Virus record (IMG/VR): IMGVR_UViG_3300002460_000025
Span: 7,621 to 71,620 of that record
Strand: one strand, 5' to 3'
From: a virus
DNA: 64,000 nucleotides
Shown here: in pieces, positions 59,809 to 64,000 of the stretch
Layout of the letters: each line of letters starts with the position of its first letter
Numbering within the stretch: position 1 is the first letter of the stretch
Position numbers and translations under genes: made by a program
Notes under the pieces: model-generated
Told to the model about the DNA's origin: nothing
Database searches by the model: none
Seen by the model: the letters and a program-made list of their open reading frames with translations, nothing else

Positions 59809-59998
59809 TTCAACGTCTCCGTTTACTCTTGTTTTTTTTCACGACTGTCCTCTCTCCACGACACCCAGTCGTCCTCATCACAGCCATCAATCGGACAGGT
59901 GTAGAAATCATCCCAGTACTGTATACCACCAATATCACCGTCGTCGCAGTGGTCTTTGAGGATCATTGGTACCTTGTGAACAGGGCATGTCAGCGTGG

Positions 59999-61168
59999 TC
60001 ATTTCACCCTCCGTTCAATCGTGTGGAGGCGCTCTGAGAGTTCCTCGATCTTCAACCCTGACTCTCCCACAAAGCTGTTCACACTCTCCATATACGCTTG
60101 GAGAGTACCAAAGATGATCTTCATCCGACAGTACATAAGCCCACTGGCGACGATGCTAAAGACGATGTACGCCATCCATGATGTGGGCCAGAGATTCCAC
60201 ACGTAGTAGAATGTTGCAATCCCAACGATCGCCTCGGTGATCATGATAAGTGAGAGCAGTAGTGATTTCATGTATTTACTCCGTGTGACAGGTTTCGCAA
60301 CAGTGGTAACCTCCTCGCAATCACCACAGATGATCCAGTCCTTTGGATCTGGACGTGAACGATTACAATCAGCGGGGCAGCACATCAAATGTCTCCCTGA
60401 TGAGACTCCTCACGCCCTTGTGAGGTGGGAGCGGCCTCCCATACATCTCCGTGTACGTGCGGGCGAGGTCGATCCTCGTCTGCTGGTTGAGACGTTCACG
60501 CTGCCTCACGAGGGCACGACGATGATCACGAGCACGAGTGGTGTTATTCATTCTTCACCAAACACTTTAGCACTGCCACGAGCCACCTCGTTACAGTAAT
60601 CGACCTCAGGATACAACTGTTCCAGCTTGCGAATCACTGACTTGATCCTACGATCCGCAGGGGTATCGAATGTCCCTTCCTCAATATCACACAACCAGAG
60701 GAGCACCTCACGAGCCTCAGCGACTGTGAAGGGACGTTGATCTTTTTTCGGTTTCCTCGCTTTAGGTAACCTCCGCAGTTCCTCTGCCCGGTAATAATCA
60801 CTATGCCTCATACATGGTTTCGGACACCTACAACTACAATCTATCCCTGCATCCTTTAGTCGCTTCAGTTGATCAGTGATTGGGTTTGTCTTCATTGATT
60901 ATCCTGTGTGTACAGAATCTTGTTTCCCGCATTGAGGACAACGAACGTATGTCTCATAATGCCCCTCTATGTAAAACACATCGAACCGTGTTGTCCCACA
61001 GGGACACACCCATTGAACATGAGTGCCATCGTCATAATGAACCTTGCCGTCACCAGACTCGATCCCGATCCCGATCTTCTGAGTGGGAGGATCGGTCTGT
61101 CGAGCAGTATTCTTAGCGTCCTCTTTCTCGCAGTACGCCTTGAATTCTTCAGGAGTGTAACGTGTCAT
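59999..61168 (-). other. Small hypothetical ORFs (membrane protein about 59999-60240, 60369-60551, 60548-60895, zinc-ribbon ORF ending 60899)
   Basis: Coupled short ORFs; starts uncertain. Confidence 0.45.
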
Positions 61169-62163
61169 CAGAACCTCCCATCCGCCACCTGCAAACAGGT
61201 CAATCCGTTCTTCCTCCACATCTCAACCACCTGATCACGGTCATCCAGCACGTACCGAATCCGATCCTTCGGGAGGAGATCAAGTATTTCCTGTTTGATC
61301 ACGTAGTCCTTCCGGAAGTCACCGGAGTTTCGCATGAAGAGATGCTTGATGGGCATCTCAGGATTGAGATGTGTCCTCAGCCAGTCCTCAGTCGCCTTCC
61401 CCGCCTTGTCGATTGGCCTCCCACTCACGACGATGATGTCTCGGTTCCGGCACAGTTCCCAGAGGAGTTGTCGGATAGGTACGATAGGAGGGTCATGTTC
61501 GACCCCCTGATAAAACAGATCCCAATCCTTCTTCTCAGGCGTGAATGCCATCGCCCTCCGAGCGGAGCAGTCAGCCAGTGTCCCATCCATATCCACAATG
61601 ATGAAGTCTCTCGGATAGATCGCGGTGTCACTCCAATCAATCCACCCCGTAAAGAGGGCCATCCGCTCAATCCTAGCCCTCCCAACATGATCCTTTCCTA
61701 CTCTCCAACTGTCTCGCCGGACACACTCTGCAACTGGCGTATCGATGTCCATCAACTCGAAGGGCACGTTGAGCCTCTTGGCGAGGTCGATCCATGGTTG
61801 CCTCGCCTTCTCGGTGAGGTTGGTATTGTCGATCACGGCATCCCGCCCATTATGAACAGCCTGCTCGGCCCGTTCGAGGGCGACTTGCTTCATGATCCCC
61901 TCATCACGACGGTTGAACACCCACTCCGGCCCGAACAGTTCGTCCCTCAGGTCGTCGTAGTTGATCCTCACACGTTTTCCTCTCGGAATATGAGGAACAC
62001 CGATCTGATCCTCATCATCTGAGCAAAGAGCTTCGCTTCTACCATATCCACATTCGTTGCAAAAAATTCGTTGCTGAACACGAGGACAGGGTGATTCTAG
62101 AAGCCACTTCATCGCCATCACCGTCTTGCCACTGCCAGGGAGGCCAGAGATGATGAGGATCAT
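61168..62163 (-). CDS. pnk: Polynucleotide 5'-kinase / 3'-phosphatase (T4 Pnk-like)
   Basis: GLPGSGKT, RINYDDLR, VIDNTNL, HAD DMDGTL, SGR, MR..GD.RKD..IK, DDRDQVV. Confidence 0.92.
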   Translation of the reverse strand: MILIISGLPGSGKTVMAMKWLLESPCPRVQQRIFCNECGYGRSEALCSDDEDQIGVPHIPRGKRVRINYDDLRDELFGPEWVFNRRDEGIMKQVALERAEQAVHNGRDAVIDNTNLTEKARQPWIDLAKRLNVPFELMDIDTPVAECVRRDSWRVGKDHVGRARIERMALFTGWIDWSDTAIYPRDFIIVDMDGTLADCSARRAMAFTPEKKDWDLFYQGVEHDPPIVPIRQLLWELCRNRDIIVVSGRPIDKAGKATEDWLRTHLNPEMPIKHLFMRNSGDFRKDYVIKQEILDLLPKDRIRYVLDDRDQVVEMWRKNGLTCLQVADGRF

Positions 62164-63704
62164 CGAAACTCCTGACCACAACCACAGGAGGTACATTTGT
62201 AATGACCCGCTATGCCCTCTGCAACGGACTTGCAGCGAGGGCAGTATATCACTTCATCGTTTGGTCTCTCATTTGCTTCAATGAGCATCTTGCACACCCT
62301 CTCCCACGCTGCAAGTGCATCTACGTACTGCTTTTCAAACACAGTGTTGCATACAGTGAACTCCGCTAACGTTGGTTGTGACGGCAGGTTCATGTTGTCC
62401 TCCATTGAATATCGTAACGGTCTGAATGTCATTCATCCTCCTCCGCATCCTCAAGCTCCTCAGCAAGTTCACTCCATATCTCATCCACCCACAGGGGGAT
62501 ATCTATCCCTCCTGCTTCACACTCGTGGAGGGACAGGGAGAACTGGAGGAGCACTTCCTTCAGATGTGGGTGCATGGTTTCCTGGTGTGCAAACTTGATG
62601 GTCATACTTTCCTAACCCCTGTAGGGAGCGACACACATTCCCACACCAAATATCACGGTATCCCCATCGTGACAACGAGGACACAATCCCGTCTCCGCAG
62701 GCTGGACCCACTCGAACCCACAGGTATTACATCCTCGATACACGAGCCTCCTCATGGGATTCGTGGACATGGAACCATCATCAACACGGACACGGATAGG
62801 GTCGAGATGAGGATGTGGCGTCCGTATGACGAAGGGGAGAATGATACTCATCCAACACTCATGACACCGATCTCGACACAGACCCCGACCCCGACCCCGA
62901 CCCCCGATACCACTTCCGCTTCGTCATCATGTCAGTCCATCCCCCACGCTTCCAACCACTGTTGTTCATCCATCGACCCCGCACGATGAATGCGTTCCGC
63001 CTCAGTCGTGACCTCAGCCTTGACTGCGTGTTTCTCCACGAGTCTATCAATGTAGTTCCTCGCGGACGGGAAGCTATCAGACCACGTGAGGAGCATCCCA
63101 TTTGACTTCGCTTGCACCCAGATGTGCTCCGTGTGGTGAGACTGGACGATCACATAGCCTTTGTACTCCACCTCAAGGTGATCATCCTTGTGGTCGATCA
63201 CCATCTCATCAGCGAGTGGAGGAGCCTCAACCACCTGTGACTTCCGTGATTCGATGAGGGTTTTGTCAGAGATTTTCATCACTCCCGGCTTTCGTCGGTA
63301 GAATCGATGGGCTCAGCGTACATCATGGGCTTCGGTTCCTTGATCCTCATCTCCTGAAAGAAAGCATGGAGGAGGGGGCCACGGATGGTTGCGTCGAATC
63401 CAGCATCCTGGAGGGCACGAATGTAGGATGTTTTGACTCCGACTTTCCAGTCATACACATCCTTCAGTGAGCACAGGGATTCACCGATCCCGATCCTCTC
63501 AAAGATGATACGATCGATATCCCTGATGAGGATGCCCAGTTCGCACCTCGTCACGTGCCTTACGGCGATGCCCTTATGATTGAGTGGGATCTCCACAATC
63601 AACTCACCCTGACGTTCCTCTCTCGCATGTCGATGTGAAAACACAGCACGATAGCGGGTGTCATCGAATGTGAATTCGACTGTGCTACGCCCTATTCGTG
63701 GCAT
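62160..63704 (-). other. Small hypothetical ORFs (62160-62432, 62612-62851, 62932-63282, 63279-63704)
   Basis: Coupled ORFs, two with CxxC pairs. Confidence 0.5.
62881..62905 (-). repeat. (GGGGTC)x4 hexamer tandem repeat
   Basis: GACCCC-GACCCC-GACCCC-GACCCCC on the + strand. Confidence 0.9.
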
Positions 63705-63728
63705 GGTGATCCTCTTTTTTTCATTTAC

Positions 63729-64000
63729 CTAAACTCCTCGCGGGTGCATCTTGTGTGGGAAGATCGTCTTCCCATCCCAGGGACAGTCTGGGAGGCAGAT
63801 CCTCGTGTGGAGAGCCTCAAGTTGGGGAGCATAGACTCGATAGGCTTTCACCCAGACCCAATCGGCTTCCCAATAGGCTCGATCGGCTTCCCCCCAGACT
63901 CGATAGGCTTCCTCCCAGGCTCGACCGGCTTCCCCATAGACCCGATAGGCTTCCCCATAGGCTCGATAGGCTTCCCCCCAGACTCGATAGGCTTCCCTAT
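63729..64000 (-). CDS. Heptad-repeat protein, 5' end outside the window (EAYRV[WY]G repeats, C-terminal CLPDCPWDGKTIFP)
   Basis: Hand-translated open frame; 21-bp tandem repeat at about 63831-64000. Confidence 0.75.
   Translation of the reverse strand, partial: REAYRVWGEAYRAYGEAYRVYGEAGRAWEEAYRVWGEADRAYWEADWVWVKAYRVYAPQLEALHTRICLPDCPWDGKTIFPHKMHPRGV

Noticed and set aside
2498-62022. Long antisense or alternate-frame ORFs (e.g. 2498-3313-, 15837-16565+, 21625-22509-, 42608-43486+, 43505-44332+, 61162-62022+)
   Set aside because: They shadow well-supported genes and show no motifs or RBS; expected from codon bias.
63831-64000. Possible CRISPR array
   Set aside because: Units are contiguous 21-mers with no unique spacers and translate as an in-frame heptad repeat.
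1-64000. Stop-codon reassignment
   Set aside because: Core genes are full length in code 11, and TAA, TAG and TGA all end genes at tight junctions.
1-64000. Prophage or integration module and host assignment
   Set aside because: No integrase, repressor or bacterial housekeeping flank is visible; the host cannot be determined from the sequence alone.

Overview
The whole window is part of a tailed dsDNA phage genome with a podovirus/P22-like head and short-tail layout. No integrase, RNA polymerase or primase is recognisable here. The + arm (1-30.9 kb) holds the terminase, portal, scaffold, major capsid, several small beta-rich decoration-like proteins, an unusual tRNA(CAT), adaptor, nozzle-like and fibre genes, a run of disordered putative internal/ejection proteins, holin and GH108 endolysin, and an extra block (RNase H-like exonuclease, fibre module, three proteases). 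A convergent terminator at about 30.95 kb separates it from the - arm. The - arm carries nucleotide metabolism and replication genes (ThyX, two NDT-like hydrolases, DUF5664, UDG-PolA fusion, two atypical MTases, SSB-like, Sak4-like, PD-(D/E)XK), RNA-repair-type genes, a phiEco32-like peptide-ligase cluster, a probable origin at 49.5 kb and many small ORFs. The most striking unexplained signal is a short motif, roughly A-[LIVY]-x-G-L-[QRK]-x-[AS], shared by about nine otherwise unrelated late proteins and often at their termini. It may be a capsid-loading or docking signal. All calls come from manual motif reading; no searches were run.
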